NCBI RefSeq assembly: GCF_006345805.1
Contig: NC_042998.1
Coordinates: forward strand, 27,528,001-27,592,000
From: Octopus sinensis
Lineage: Eukaryota
DNA: 64,000 bases
Direction: 5' to 3'
Position 1 is the first letter of the stretch; the number at the start of each line of letters is the position of its first letter. Both the position numbers and the translations under genes were made by a program. Shown here piece by piece: positions 52,089-64,000 of this stretch. The notes beneath the pieces were generated by a model. That model was not told the origin of the DNA, did not search any database, and saw only the letters and a list, made by a program, of their open reading frames with translations.

Positions 52089-52719
52089 AGCGTGTATGTA
52101 TGAATCAATCTATCTATCTATCTATCTATAACCTACCCCCTTTTTATTTTTTATTTTTATTTTCCTTTTTGTTTCTACCCAAAAAGAAAAGCTCTACTTT
52201 GTAATTTGTCCCCTCTGTGTTCAGCCCTGTGTGGCTAATAAAGAAACATATCTATGTGTCTGCATGTCTCTGTCTGTCTGTCTGTCCAACTGTCAACCTA
52301 TTTATCTGTCTGTCCGTCTGTCTCTCTGAGTGTCCGTCTGTCTCTCTGAGTGTCCGTCTGTTTGCCTGTCTGTCCAGACGTATATATATCATTTGCTGCC
52401 GTTCTCTATTTAGATTATGACAAGCTCGAATAGAAAGTTAGAAAGTCAGACAGACTTTCCGTTGGAGAAATGTTATTTGTCTTATACAGTTTCTGTCGTG
52501 TATAATGGATACGAAATTGAATTATCTTCTTGCGATTTGCTATGTTTTAGCAAAACACAATCCGTCGCTGCTACTATGTCTTTATTATTAGTAATTTTGA
52601 CTATTAAATTAGTCTACCAGTGAACGAAGATCATATATCCAAGCATTCAAAATTGCTTGCAAAGTTACTGCATATGTATTTATGTAGTTATCTGCATTCC
52701 TGCTTATCTACCTGGCTAC

Positions 52720-53310
52720 CGACTAACCTACCTACCTACTTACCTACCTACCAAAAACCCGCCTACCTACCTACCTACCTACCGACCGACCTACCTACTT
52801 ACCTACCTACCTACTTGCCTACCTACCTTTTACCTACCTACCTGCCTACTTACCTACCTACCTACCTACATACCTACCTACCTACCAACCCACCCACCTA
52901 CCTACCTACCTACCTACCTACCTACCTAGCTACTTGCCTACCTACCTATTTAGCTACCTACCTGCCTACCCACCTACTTACCTACATACCTATCTACCTA
53001 CATATCTACCTACCTACCTACCTACCTACCTACCTGCCTACCTACCTACCTACCTACCTATTTAACTACCTACCTGCCTACTTACCTACCTACCTACCTA
53101 CCTACTTGCCTACCTGCCTACCTACCTACCTACCTACCTACCTACCTACCTACCTACCTACCTACCAACCCACCCACCTACCTACCCACCTACCTAACTA
53201 CCTACCTACCCACCCACCTACCTACCTACCTACCTACCCACCTACCTACCTACCTACCTACCACCTACCTACCTACCTACCACCTACCTACCCACCTACC
53301 TACCCACCCA
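52720..53310. repeat. (TACC)n microsatellite
   Basis: Direct reading; explains the PTYL-repeat ORF 52620-53327. Confidence 0.97.
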
Positions 53311-53742
53311 GTGAATTTGATTCATGAATGTGCTATGTTCTTGAGAAAGGCACTTCATTATATGTTCCAGTCTGTTCAGTTGAGGAAAGCACCAGCCTCT
53401 CCTCTCTACATCCTGTTGTCACAGCCTAGATGTGCTACCGAGTCACGGGTGAGAGAGAGCCGAGAGGGTATTTATGTCTGCTCGATTGAACATAGACCCT
53501 TTAGATCACTTAGCGATAGCATTATACCATGTCATACTGGCTTGCAAGTGACGGACACACACACACACAGATATATATACACGAGTGAATAGACAAACAC
53601 AAGAAGGGCTCTGTAAATAAATAATAATGGTAATTATACAAGCTTAAAGCTTATACCGATCACCGTGCAATAACTTAGGAAAATAGTCTAATAATGGGCA
53701 TATAAGCCCTCGTCAGAAAATAGTAGGCTTTCCCATCTGCGT

Positions 53743-53785
<43 letters not shown>

Positions 53786-54309
53786 TCTACTATAGCCTCG
53801 GACCGACCAAAGCCTTGTGAGTGGATTTGGTAGACAGAAACTGAAAGAAGCCCGTCGTATATATGTATATATATATATATATATATCTGACCACCGCCAC
53901 GACAACAACGTTTTCTTCGTCTGCCGCCAAGGCATTTTTTCCAAATACACCAGCTAAGCTTCGTTGAACTGTCTAAAGTCGTAAGACACCCGCTGTTTTT
54001 GTCCTGTTATTACTATTATTGTTTTTTGTATCTATATTCGTGTGGCATCGTCCGTTTTTCTGTCCTTGTTTCGTATACATTCGATCCTTTTTCGAAGAAA
54101 TCTAATGCTCGTAGCTTAGTTTTTCCTTGGGGCTGGCCGGATCGGAGCAATCTCAAGATTAATCAGCCGAAATTGCGAGGATGATCCGGTTCTTGACTGA
54201 AGATTGAAGGCTTTGAATGTCCCGTCCGTGTTTTTTGTATCGCCTTCTAAGTGTTTTACGTTCTTGTCCCAGTTTGTATTTTTCTACATATAATATATGT
54301 ATGTGTGTG

Positions 54310-54530
54310 TATATGTTTGTGTGTCTGTGTTTGTCCCCCCCCGCCCAACATCGCTTGACAACCGATGGTGGTGTGTTTACATCCCCGTAACCTAGCGGTT
54401 CGGCAAAAGAGGCCAATAGAATAAGTACTAGGCTTACAAAGAATAAGTCCTGGGGTCGATTATCTCGACTAAAGGCGGTGCTCCAGCATAGCCGCAGTCA
54501 AATGACTGAAACAAGTAAAAGAGTAAAGAA
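54310..54530 (+). mobile_element. SINE family B, 3' half
   Basis: CAACATCGCTTGACAACCGATGG...GAAACAAGTAAAAGAG. Confidence 0.85.
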
Positions 54531-54682
54531 AAAAGAGCAGTGTAGTGGGGGATAAATAAGAAGAAATAATAATTAGATATGGCATGTACTGAAGGGAATG
54601 TTAAAAATAAAAGAAAGAGCGATTAATGATAAAAGGTATTGAATGTGTAGGATAATGTTATACAAAAGAAATATTTTGTATA

Positions 54683-55079
54683 TCTCTCTCTATATATAAA
54701 GCTGAAGTTGTCTGTGTATGGCCGGTTTAGTAGCCTTCAACTAACACTATCTCCTCTGAGACCCTGTGGCGCAAGTTGACCAAAATTGAGAGTATGATAG
54801 AAGAAGGCTTGCTCTTCCTTTTCGTAGAAGAAAAAATTCAAATTGGACCATGTTAACACAAAAAATTTTTTACATCCAAAAGGTGCTTTTTTTTCTATGA
54901 AAATCCCTATTTTTTACGATTTTTTTGACTGCTGTGTCGGCATTTTTCAGTGTATTTCAACCAGAAAAATGTTCACTTAAAGAGAATAACAAGCTACATA
55001 ATGCAAAATTTTTACTTTTCAAAAATTCCAATTCTAAAGGGTCGAAACAAACCCGAGCAACGCCGGGCGATACCGCTAG
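54683..55079 (+). mobile_element. Non-autonomous Helitron-type element
   Basis: A|TC...hairpin...CTAG|T; homologous to 6659-7045. Confidence 0.88.
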
Positions 55080-55269
55080 TATATATATATATATAAAATT
55101 ATGTCAAAAGAAATATTCTTGCTAAGTAGTATGTGAGAAGGATAGGGTATGGCTACATATGATCGCAAAGAAAAATAATACACGTTATATAGGTTCAGTG
55201 CATGTATGTTTTATTATTATTATTATTTTTTTTATCTAGTTTCAGCTCATGAACTGTGGCCATGCTGGG

Positions 55270-55610
55270 GCACCGCTATTTGGTGTTGCTTCATAATTTT
55301 ACTTCACGAATGCTTTTTAGGAATTGACATTTGATGCATGAGAGAGAGTTTAATGCAGTTGCCCTCTTCTGTACCTCCTGCCACGAAGTTTGTTCATCTG
55401 GGACACTTGACAGGAAGAGTTTCAGCTTTATTTTGAAGACACCTACATCCACCCTATGCAGGTCTCTCAGGTCCTTCGGGAGGATATTGAAGAGTTGTGG
55501 ACCTCTGAAGCCCAGGCTATTGCAGTATCTTGTCCTACATCTTGATGGCAAATTTGGAGTCCTTGGCACTATGCAGTGGCGCCCAGTTCTAGTATTTGTG
55601 TAATTATTAT
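55270..55610 (-). mobile_element. CR1/Jockey-group LINE 3' end
   Basis: NSLGFRGPQLFNILPKDLR...VFKIKLKLFLSSVPDE in ORF 55291-55569. Confidence 0.75.
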
Positions 55611-56604
55611 TATGATCTTCGAGTAGATAGATACATGTAGGGGTACATATAAAGTTACAAAATTATAGAATAAATGCTTGTCGTATATGGAGTAGAGTGT
55701 ATATATATATATATGTAATCATATATGTATATAGAGGCATACACTTATAAGCATATAGAAACACCGATTAAAGGACGAATCCACCTTCAACCTTTTACAC
55801 ACGTGTATATGTGCATGTGTATGTATGTATGTATTTACACACATATATATGTACGTATACATGTATGTATATTTGTATAAATATGTATGTATATGTATAT
55901 ATAAGTGTTATAATATCCCAACTGATATGTATGTATGTGTGTGTGTGTGTATCTGTTGATTCACCAGAAGAGATAAATTGCAGCACTCAGTTCAAATGTA
56001 GAGTATTCTTAAATATATTATAACTGAAACACTCCGATTTCGAGTACTCCGAGTTGCTCGTTTCTGATCACCAGCTGGTAAACCGAGCCTGGTTCTGAAT
56101 ATCCACTGTCTGAATATTTTTTGAAATATGGAACGCAAGTTTGAAGGCAACACGTCTCGCTATCGTTTTAAAACCTTTGTGAACATCACATGCGAAAACC
56201 GCTGCTTCAAGCTCACGCTTTTTATTTCATTTCTGGTTCTCGTGACAATCTTATTGTCAACATCATAAACTCCATACAACTGAAGTCATGAAGTCGCGTT
56301 GCAATGTTTAAGCAATGTTCCAAAATATCACTTTTAAGTAATACTTTTAATTAATACTTTTAATTAATGTTTTAAAAAAAGCAACGAGTGTATATGCGGA
56401 TGTTCATCTACATATGTATGCACCTTTGCAGACGCGTGCATATGTACATGTGTACACTCTTAGATATACATGTATTCACCGAATTATGTGTATATGTATA
56501 CATGTATTAGAAGAATGAGGTACTCAGAAATCTGAATGGTTTTATATTTACAGATATTTATTAGTATGTTACATGTTTTTATAAATCATATATCATATAT
56601 GATA

Positions 56605-56650
56605 TATATTAGCGCTTTCGTCCACTCTGGTGGAGTCTTCAAATTGAACT
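56605..56650 (-). ncRNA. Degenerate minimal hammerhead downstream of the Penelope-like remnant
   Basis: TTGAAGA-C-TCCAC-CAGA-GTGGA-C-GAAA-GCGC-TA; palindromic AGCGCT stem III; weak stem I. Confidence 0.45.
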
Positions 56651-56764
56651 AAGTTTTACAGGAATTTTGACTCTTTTTATAGTATTATTGAGTGTGTAGT
56701 GGTGGGGAGAGATATAAAATAGTACAAGAGGGTGATGAATGGGGAGAAAGTGAGAAAGCATGTG

Positions 56765-56810
<46 letters not shown>

Positions 56811-57024
56811 TATCTGAAAGGAGTGTTAAAGAAAAAGAAGGAAAGGAAGAAAAAGGTGAGAAAGAAGAAAAAATTGTATGTATATATGTATAAGTAAATA
56901 CATAAGTTTATATACGTATACTCACATACAGAAACGCGCGCGCGCACACACATATTAAAAATATACCAATAAAACCTATCAAACATTTCGAAAAATAACG
57001 GTCTTTTGTCAACCAGAACGATAT

Positions 57025-57565
57025 TCAAGGAGGCTTGTATTTATATAAAGGATACGTAACCGTATGCACACAAGGCATTAACAGTGCACTTCTTTTATTC
57101 AAACTGTGCTTTGAGTCTAAATTCTCATTTTTCCGCTCAGACAAAGGTCACGCTACGTCTTTGATTTGAGGCTCCCGTTCCAATAAGGTTGAATTTTGAA
57201 TTCGTGAGGACTTGTCTTCACGAATTCGACAAACCCGTAGCATATTTTCTGTCGGGGTTGACAAATGAATGTTTATCCTTGTAATAACGGTTTTTAAACG
57301 TGAGTTCCGTTGCCCCAATACATATTTTAGATTGATCACTGCTGTTTGATTCAACCTTTGAACTGTATATTTTCAACTTTGCTAGACAATTACCGTCTAG
57401 TGGACAGTACTCATGAATAATATAATTGCATGATCTTTGTTGGCTAACTGTCTGCATCTCTCTCAGTTCAGCTTCACGGTATTTTAACCTGATATAGCAC
57501 CCAAAATCTTTCAAGTTGAATAGCTAGCCTTAACACAGTTGTTATTGAATATTTTTTAAATGCTT
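57025..57565 (-). mobile_element. Penelope-like element, GIY-YIG endonuclease remnant
   Basis: KIFNNNCVKASYS, C..CPLDGNCL, KIYSSKV...ICIGATELTFKNRY, then LCLS...LNKRSALLMPCVH across frames with stops. Confidence 0.85.
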
Positions 57566-57984
57566 ATGTTCGAAAACAGAAACAATTCTTATAATAATAA
57601 CTGCTATGTGAATGTTCAAAACATATATAAACAAATACAAAATGAAAATCTAAAGGATCTAGCATTACAAGCCACGCAAATATATATTATGTAGAGCAGT
57701 GGTTCTTAGCTACTTTTTGTCTGTGGATCCCTTTGATTTCTATTTGACTCGAGTGGATACCCATAGGCATTCAATGTTTGCTCGACTAAAGGTGGTGCTC
57801 CAGCATGACCGCAGTCAAATGAGTGAAACAAGTAAAAGAATAAAAGAGTAATTCTTATTAATTTCTGCTTTAACATTCTTAACCTTTACACCTAACAAGG
57901 AAAAACAAAGCAAAAAAAAACAAAACAAAACAAAAAGAAACAAACAAAACAAAAATGTTGGAAGCAACGTACAGTGTATCAATA

Positions 57985-58740
57985 GTTTAGTATGTTTGTG
58001 TGTCTGTGTGTGGGCACGTGTGTGTGTGTATGTATGTGTGTGTTTGTGTGTGTTTGTGGGACAAATTTGTATGTCTGTCAAAAGAGAATTAAGGCATACC
58101 TGTGTATGTATGTATGTATGTATGTATGTATGTATGTATGTATGTATGTATGTATGTATGTGTGTATGTATGTATGTATGTATGTATGTATGTGTGTGTA
58201 TGTATGTGTGTATGCTTGTATGTATGTATGTATGTATGTATGTATGTGTGTATGTATGTATGTATGTGTGTGTATGTATGTGTGTATGCTTGTATGTATG
58301 TATGTATGTATGTATGTGTGTATGTGCGTATGTATGTGTGTGTGTGTATGCTTCTATGTATGTGTGTGTATATATGTATGTTTGTATGTGTGTATGCATG
58401 TTTGTATATGTATATGTGTATGTATACATGTATGTGTGTGTATGCATGTGTGTATATATATGTATGCATATGTGTCTGTGTATGCATGTGTGTATATATA
58501 TGTATGCATATGTGTGTGTGTATGCATGCATGCAGATATGTATGTATATATGTGTGTGTGTATATGTATGTATGTATGTGTGTGTGTGTATGTATGTAAG
58601 TATGTGTGTGCGTATGCATATATGTAGGTATTTATGCAGACATGTATTTATCTGTATATGCATACAAGCATTATATATACATTTTATAGATATATATACG
58701 TTTGTGTTTGAATATGTGTATGTGTGTCTATGTGTAACGA
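57985..58740. repeat. (TATG)n/(TG)n microsatellite field
   Basis: Direct reading; source of the long HTYI and VCMY ORFs. Confidence 0.97.
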
Positions 58741-59397
58741 AGTAATATAAAAATGTACAGAACTTTTGTAGTTGTTGAAATAGAATTACTTTGTGTATGT
58801 CTATCTCTTTGTGTGTGTGTATATGTGTATGCGTGTGTTTGAGTGCGCAGGTGTGTGTCTGTGTGTGCGGTGTGTATTAATTCCCTTGAATCAAGTTCAA
58901 ACATTTTTTTTTTATATATCTTTGTTTTCCCCATTAATTCGTTTTGAAAATCTTGATGTACTGTGAAACACCGAAGAATTGTATGTTTAGGAACATATTC
59001 GTATTAATAACACAACAAATATTCCTGACAATGCTTAGTGACTTAAAAAAAACAAAAAAAACAAAACAAGTGTGAGCATTTAACGAAACGGTAAATGTTG
59101 AAAACTTGCTTTCAAAAAAAAATTTTTTTTCTACTTTCACTTTCACTTTCGTCACTATATCAGCTTATCAGATATGACATGTTCCTCGTTCAAATTTTCT
59201 CTTAACTTCATCTTCTTGTTATGTCACGTACAACAACAACAACAGCGTATTTTGTATTTTTGTCATTTGTCGATGTTGTTGGTGTTGCTGTTGTTGTTTT
59301 CGAAGGTGACATATTCTTAGTGAAACGTTTTAGTTCGACAATGTTTTTCAGTCGCTTTCAAATCGAGTTTCGTGCAGATTCTCTCCGATTACCTTTA

Positions 59398-59491
59398 TTT
59401 TTATTATTATTACTACTATTATTATTATTATTATTTTTATTTTTATTTTTATTATTATTATTATTATTATTACTATTATTATTATTATTAC

Positions 59492-59530
<39 letters not shown>

Positions 59531-59589
59531 TATTATTATTATTATTTTATTATTATCATCATTATTATTATTACTACTACTACTACTAC

Positions 59590-59620
<31 letters not shown>

Positions 59621-59705
59621 GGTTCTTCTTTCAATTTTGTTTCTATTATTATTATTATTATTATTATTATTGTTGTTGTTTGTTGTTGTTTGTTATTGTT
59701 ATTGT
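59398..59705. repeat. (TAT)n/(TAC)n/(TGT)n trinucleotide tract
   Basis: Direct reading. Confidence 0.95.
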
Positions 59706-59998
59706 TATCTAACAGCTTGTTCCGTTGCTGTATATTCTATTTAAAGTAGTTCACCGTTGTAGATACTCGTTTTCGTCACCTGTTATCACAACAACAACAA
59801 CAACAACACTTCATCGAGTTATTGATACATGGCAAGCATGCGAGGTCACACAACTTCCAGTCGGAATGACGGACACCGTGTGGCGTCCACGTCTAGCTCA
59901 AGGGCATTCAAGAGGAAAACTGAACTTCTTCTGCAGGAAATTAAGACTGGTTCCGGAACAAGACTGCTGATGGCTGCTTAATTCTTGCTTCCCGACGT

Positions 59999-60052
<54 letters not shown>

Positions 60053-60072
60053 CACACACACACACACTCTCT

Positions 60073-60123
<51 letters not shown>

Positions 60124-60195
60124 TACACACACGCACACACACACACTCACTCACTCACACACACACACACACACATTCACTCACTCACTCACTCA

Positions 60196-60234
<39 letters not shown>

Positions 60235-60489
60235 ACACACACACAGAGCGGGCAAATAAACTTGTTATATATATATATATATGTATAGATTTTGCTGTGT
60301 GCAAAGTTCTTTGCGGATATTTGTCCTTGTTCCAATTAAGACCGAAGCTCTACAATTGGAATCACCAAATTTTAACTCTATGTTATTGAATTCTTATTCT
60401 TAGTGAAAACTTATTCTTGTAGAATTTATTTTCGCAAATACATGCGTCAAAGTTCATGTCAAAGCTCAAAGTTAGTTATAAGATGATGT

Positions 60490-61020
60490 ATATATATAGT
60501 CACAGGCTATGTGATCCTTGGTTCAGTCCCACAGCGTGGCACCCTGGACAAGTATCTTCTACTATAGCCCCGGGCCGACCAAAGCCTTGTGAGTTGATTT
60601 GGTAGATGGAAACTGAAAGAAGCCCGTCGTATAATATATTCTTTTATTCTTTTACTTGTCTCATTCAGTAGACTGCGGCCATACTGGGGCACCGCCTTTA
60701 AGAATCGCTTCCAGTACTTATTATTTTCCTTTAAGCCTGGTTCTTATTCCATCGGTCTCTTTTTTTCGAACAGCTAGATTACGGTGCCAGAAACACACCA
60801 ACACCAGATGACACGAAAACACGCGCGCGCGCGGACACACACACACACACACACATGTATACGATGGGCTTCTTTCAGTTTCCGTCTACCAAATCGACTC
60901 ACAAGGCGTTGGTCGACTTGTGGCTATAGTAGAAGACACTTGCCCAAGGTGCCGCGCAGTGGGACTGAACCTGCAACCGTGTTGCTGGGGGAGCAAACAT
61001 CTTACCACACAGCCACGTCT
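60490..61020. mobile_element. Two SINE family B copies in opposite orientation
   Basis: Plus-strand head at 60490-60632; minus-strand copy at 60640-61020. Confidence 0.82.
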
Positions 61021-61027
61021 GCGTCTA

Positions 61028-61058
<31 letters not shown>

Positions 61059-61637
61059 TTGCGATTGCATCCCCATCACTTTACAACCAGTGTTGGTTGT
61101 TTATGTCCCCGTAACTTAGCAGTTCACCATAAGAGACAGAATAAGTGCCAATCTTTAAAAGAAATACGCATTGGGATCGATTTGCATGGCCGCAGTCAAA
61201 TGACTGCAACTAATTGCAGGTAAATGATAACGATACCATCTTTTTATTTAGGCATATATATTTTCGTAAGCCGTTACGGTGCAACTTGAGGGAGATTACG
61301 TAGCTATTTCTCGCATGTCGATCAACCACATAAATACTTCATTTATCTTTCTATGAAAACCCCCCCAAAAAAAACAACAAAACCTTTCTTGTCTAGGAAA
61401 GTGCATTGTTTATTTCAGTTAAAGTTCAAAGAAATGCAAATTTTTGTATAAAAGGCACCAAAATATTTTTTGTGTTTTCATTTGATGTCGTTCAAGATAT
61501 ATTGTAGCAAAATAAAAAGATGAAACAGTGAATGAGAAATAGAGAGAAAATAAGGAAACTGAGATAAAAACTGAATACACCTCACCCCCCATACGCACGC
61601 AATCACACACACACACACGTGTGTCTATGTGTGTATG

Positions 61638-61671
<34 letters not shown>

Positions 61672-61695
61672 TGTATGTATGTATGTATGTATGTA

Positions 61696-62815
61696 TGTCA
61701 TTATTCAGTTTATTTCAAGATGTCTTGCCAATAGAGAAAGAACCAGTTTCTAACCTAGATCCAAGTCTCCTTCATTGGAATTTCAACATCAACAACAGGG
61801 TATTTATGTATGTATGTATGTATGTATGTATGTATGTATGTATGTATGTATGTATGTATGTATGTATGTATGTATGTATGCATGCGTATGTGCAGATTTG
61901 TATGTTTTATCTATGTATTGTCATGCATATAGTTGCATATCTAGACATGCTCATATATATATTTAAATTATAAACTTCTGGAAAATTTTACAGATTTTTA
62001 CAGTTCCAGTAATGGAGTGAATCTGTAGTCTTCGAATTAGCTTTCTTCTTTCTGGTTTTGAGAAGCCTAATTTCTCAAGATTGGTATTTTGGTAGTGTAT
62101 TATATATCCCAGGCACCAATAATTACAGGTATACATCTGAACTTGTAATCTGGATTGAGTAACTGCAGATTTCTCAATAGTTCAGAATAGGTGTTCTCTT
62201 TTTCAATGATCATGTTAACATCCGCTGGCAGCTAATTTCCTCAACTGTGCACAATTTCTCTTCCCTATCCCAAATCATTATATCAGCTCTGTTGAGATCT
62301 TCATTGGAACATTCCACCTGTATTCTTTTTTATTATGAATGTATGAATGGCTATGGCTTCTACCATATTGTGGGTTCTTATTTCTTTGTCCTCGGGATGA
62401 TCCCTCTGGCAGATTTCATTATAGAGAATCCTAGCTACAATGTCATGTCTCATCGGTAGAATTAACCGTGATGACATTTTCGGACAACTGATTATGATGT
62501 GGATGATATCTTCATGTATAGTCTTCTGCTCATATAGGTTCATCCTTTCATCTGATGATATGTTGCGGTAGAGTCGTGCGACTTCTTTGGGCATGTATTC
62601 TAGGTTATCAGACAAAGAGTGTTGCTCAAGCAGCTGCCTTCCAAATCTTATGATGTTATCAGCCTTATGTAAGCAAATTTAGTCAAGAGATGCACTTTGA
62701 CACTTAGTAGTTAAAAGATGTTGCCGAAGGGATATGATGCCACATTCAAAAGCATTTTAGATCGATGTTAAGCCTCTGCAACCTTGTTTTCGTATTAGGT
62801 AGAGGTGTTCTACGT
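61696..62815 (-). mobile_element. Dong/R4-clade LINE, 3' portion
   Basis: HLYLIRKQGCRGL, IHIIISCPKMS...RHDIVA (CCHC knuckle) and a C-terminal ITGTVKI segment, in order. Confidence 0.85.
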
Positions 62816-62879
62816 CACTGTTTATGTAAAAATTATGTATGTATGTATGTATGTATGTATGTATGTATGTATGTATGTA

Positions 62880-62957
<78 letters not shown>

Positions 62958-63039
62958 TATGTTGTTCTCCTCTTAGGAAAGAACTGGTTTCTAACAAAGA
63001 TACAAAGCTCCATCGTTGGAATGTTGATAGCAAAAACAA

Positions 63040-63300
63040 TGTCACATTTTAAACTAATCGTGACATCAAATAGAAACTCACACAGAAATAATGATAACGA
63101 TAAGCTCTGCCTAAGGAGAGAAGAAGAAGGAAGTAGAGACTTGAAATCTGTGCAGACAACCTTGAAATGTCGTACAGCATCTCTTAGACAGCATTTGAAT
63201 AAAAATAAATACATAGACTATCTACTGAAAAGCGAAGAAAACAATATTCTACGTGTCGGTAGCGAGCTCCTCGGGAAGCACATTTTTCCTGATGACCACA
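63040..63300 (+). mobile_element. Dong/R4-clade LINE fragment
   Basis: DKLCLRREEEGSRDL...KCRTASLRQHL...NILRVGSELL, paralogous to the adjacent minus-strand copy. Confidence 0.75.
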
Positions 63301-63329
63301 CATAAAACTCCCAAACAACCAGACTAACA

Positions 63330-63500
63330 TACTTCAAAGGAGATGTCCTTCTCCCAACTCCACTTCCCAACTGGCGGAAACGTGCGGGCGGGCAGCTGAA
63401 GACCTGGGTTACGACGATCAAGGAGGACCGCTCCATGCTCACGGGACCGCAGGTGGTCGGCCTGCGCCGATGGAACCGTGACCAGCTCGCAGCTGTGAAA
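63330..63500 (+). mobile_element. RTE LINE C-terminal fragment
   Basis: WRKRAGGQLKTWVTTIKED motif. Confidence 0.7.
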
Positions 63501-63510
63501 ATCGCAGTAG

Positions 63511-63554
<44 letters not shown>

Positions 63555-64000
63555 CAGGGCTGGCCTGCTAGGTAGCCGGCCAGAATGCTAGAAAAAGATC
63601 ATCAACGATCAAACTACAAGGGAAATTCTCTAGAGGAAGAATTCAGCGAACACCAGAACCAACTTTGGCGGGCAGGACATATGAAAAATTAAATAAATAA
63701 CAGACTTAAATGCATACCTCGGTTTCGGTCTTAACAAAAGAATTACTTGCATAATTCAAGTGTCCGTGACTTCATCAGTACATTCGGTCCTCGAGATGCA
63801 AACCGCAAGACTAACCCCAGCTCTCTGTGTCAAGACAGACACGTGCTTAGTCTTACTGATTACATCGGGAATAAAATTTCAAATGTCTTGGCTCTGGCGC
63901 GCTGAGAGACTCCTGAAGCGAAGGGCTGCAGTGAATAATTCACTGCGGGTCGTGCTTACAACTAGGGAACGTATTTATTTAAATATTTAAAAATTGAGGG

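Noticed and set aside
52620-53327. Long ORFs such as 52620-53327, 57815-58663, 33826-34437 and 59221-59712
   Set aside because: They are translations of (TACC)n, (TATG)n, (TA)n and (TAT)n microsatellites.
59837-59989. CpG-richer stretch with a 50-codon ORF starting MASMRGHTT
   Set aside because: No recognisable domain or convincing splice donor.

Overview
AT-rich, repeat-saturated animal DNA. The SINE and LINE families and the microsatellite load look like a cephalopod, probably Octopus; this is inferred from repeat content only. No intact protein-coding gene is supported, and nearly all ORFs in the track are translated microsatellites or SINE read-throughs. The window is a mosaic of tRNA-derived SINEs, decayed LINEs (Dong/R4, RTE, CR1-like), Tc1/mariner and hAT remnants, MITEs with intact TSDs, three short Helitron-type elements and a Penelope-like GIY-YIG remnant. 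The stand-out signal is at 18059-19299: a non-coding unit of about 490 bp, repeated in tandem and arranged head-to-head inside a (TA)n tract. Each repeat carries a complete type I hammerhead ribozyme with an unusually long (68 nt) stem II domain, and the two plus-strand cleavage sites are 488 nt apart. This is the layout of a retrozyme, which makes ribozyme-cut monomeric or circular RNA and is mobilised in trans. About ten further, sequence-unrelated type I hammerhead motifs (complete, core-variant or decayed) are scattered through the window, several inside local inverted repeats and next to (TA)n. All folds were read by eye; nothing was computed.
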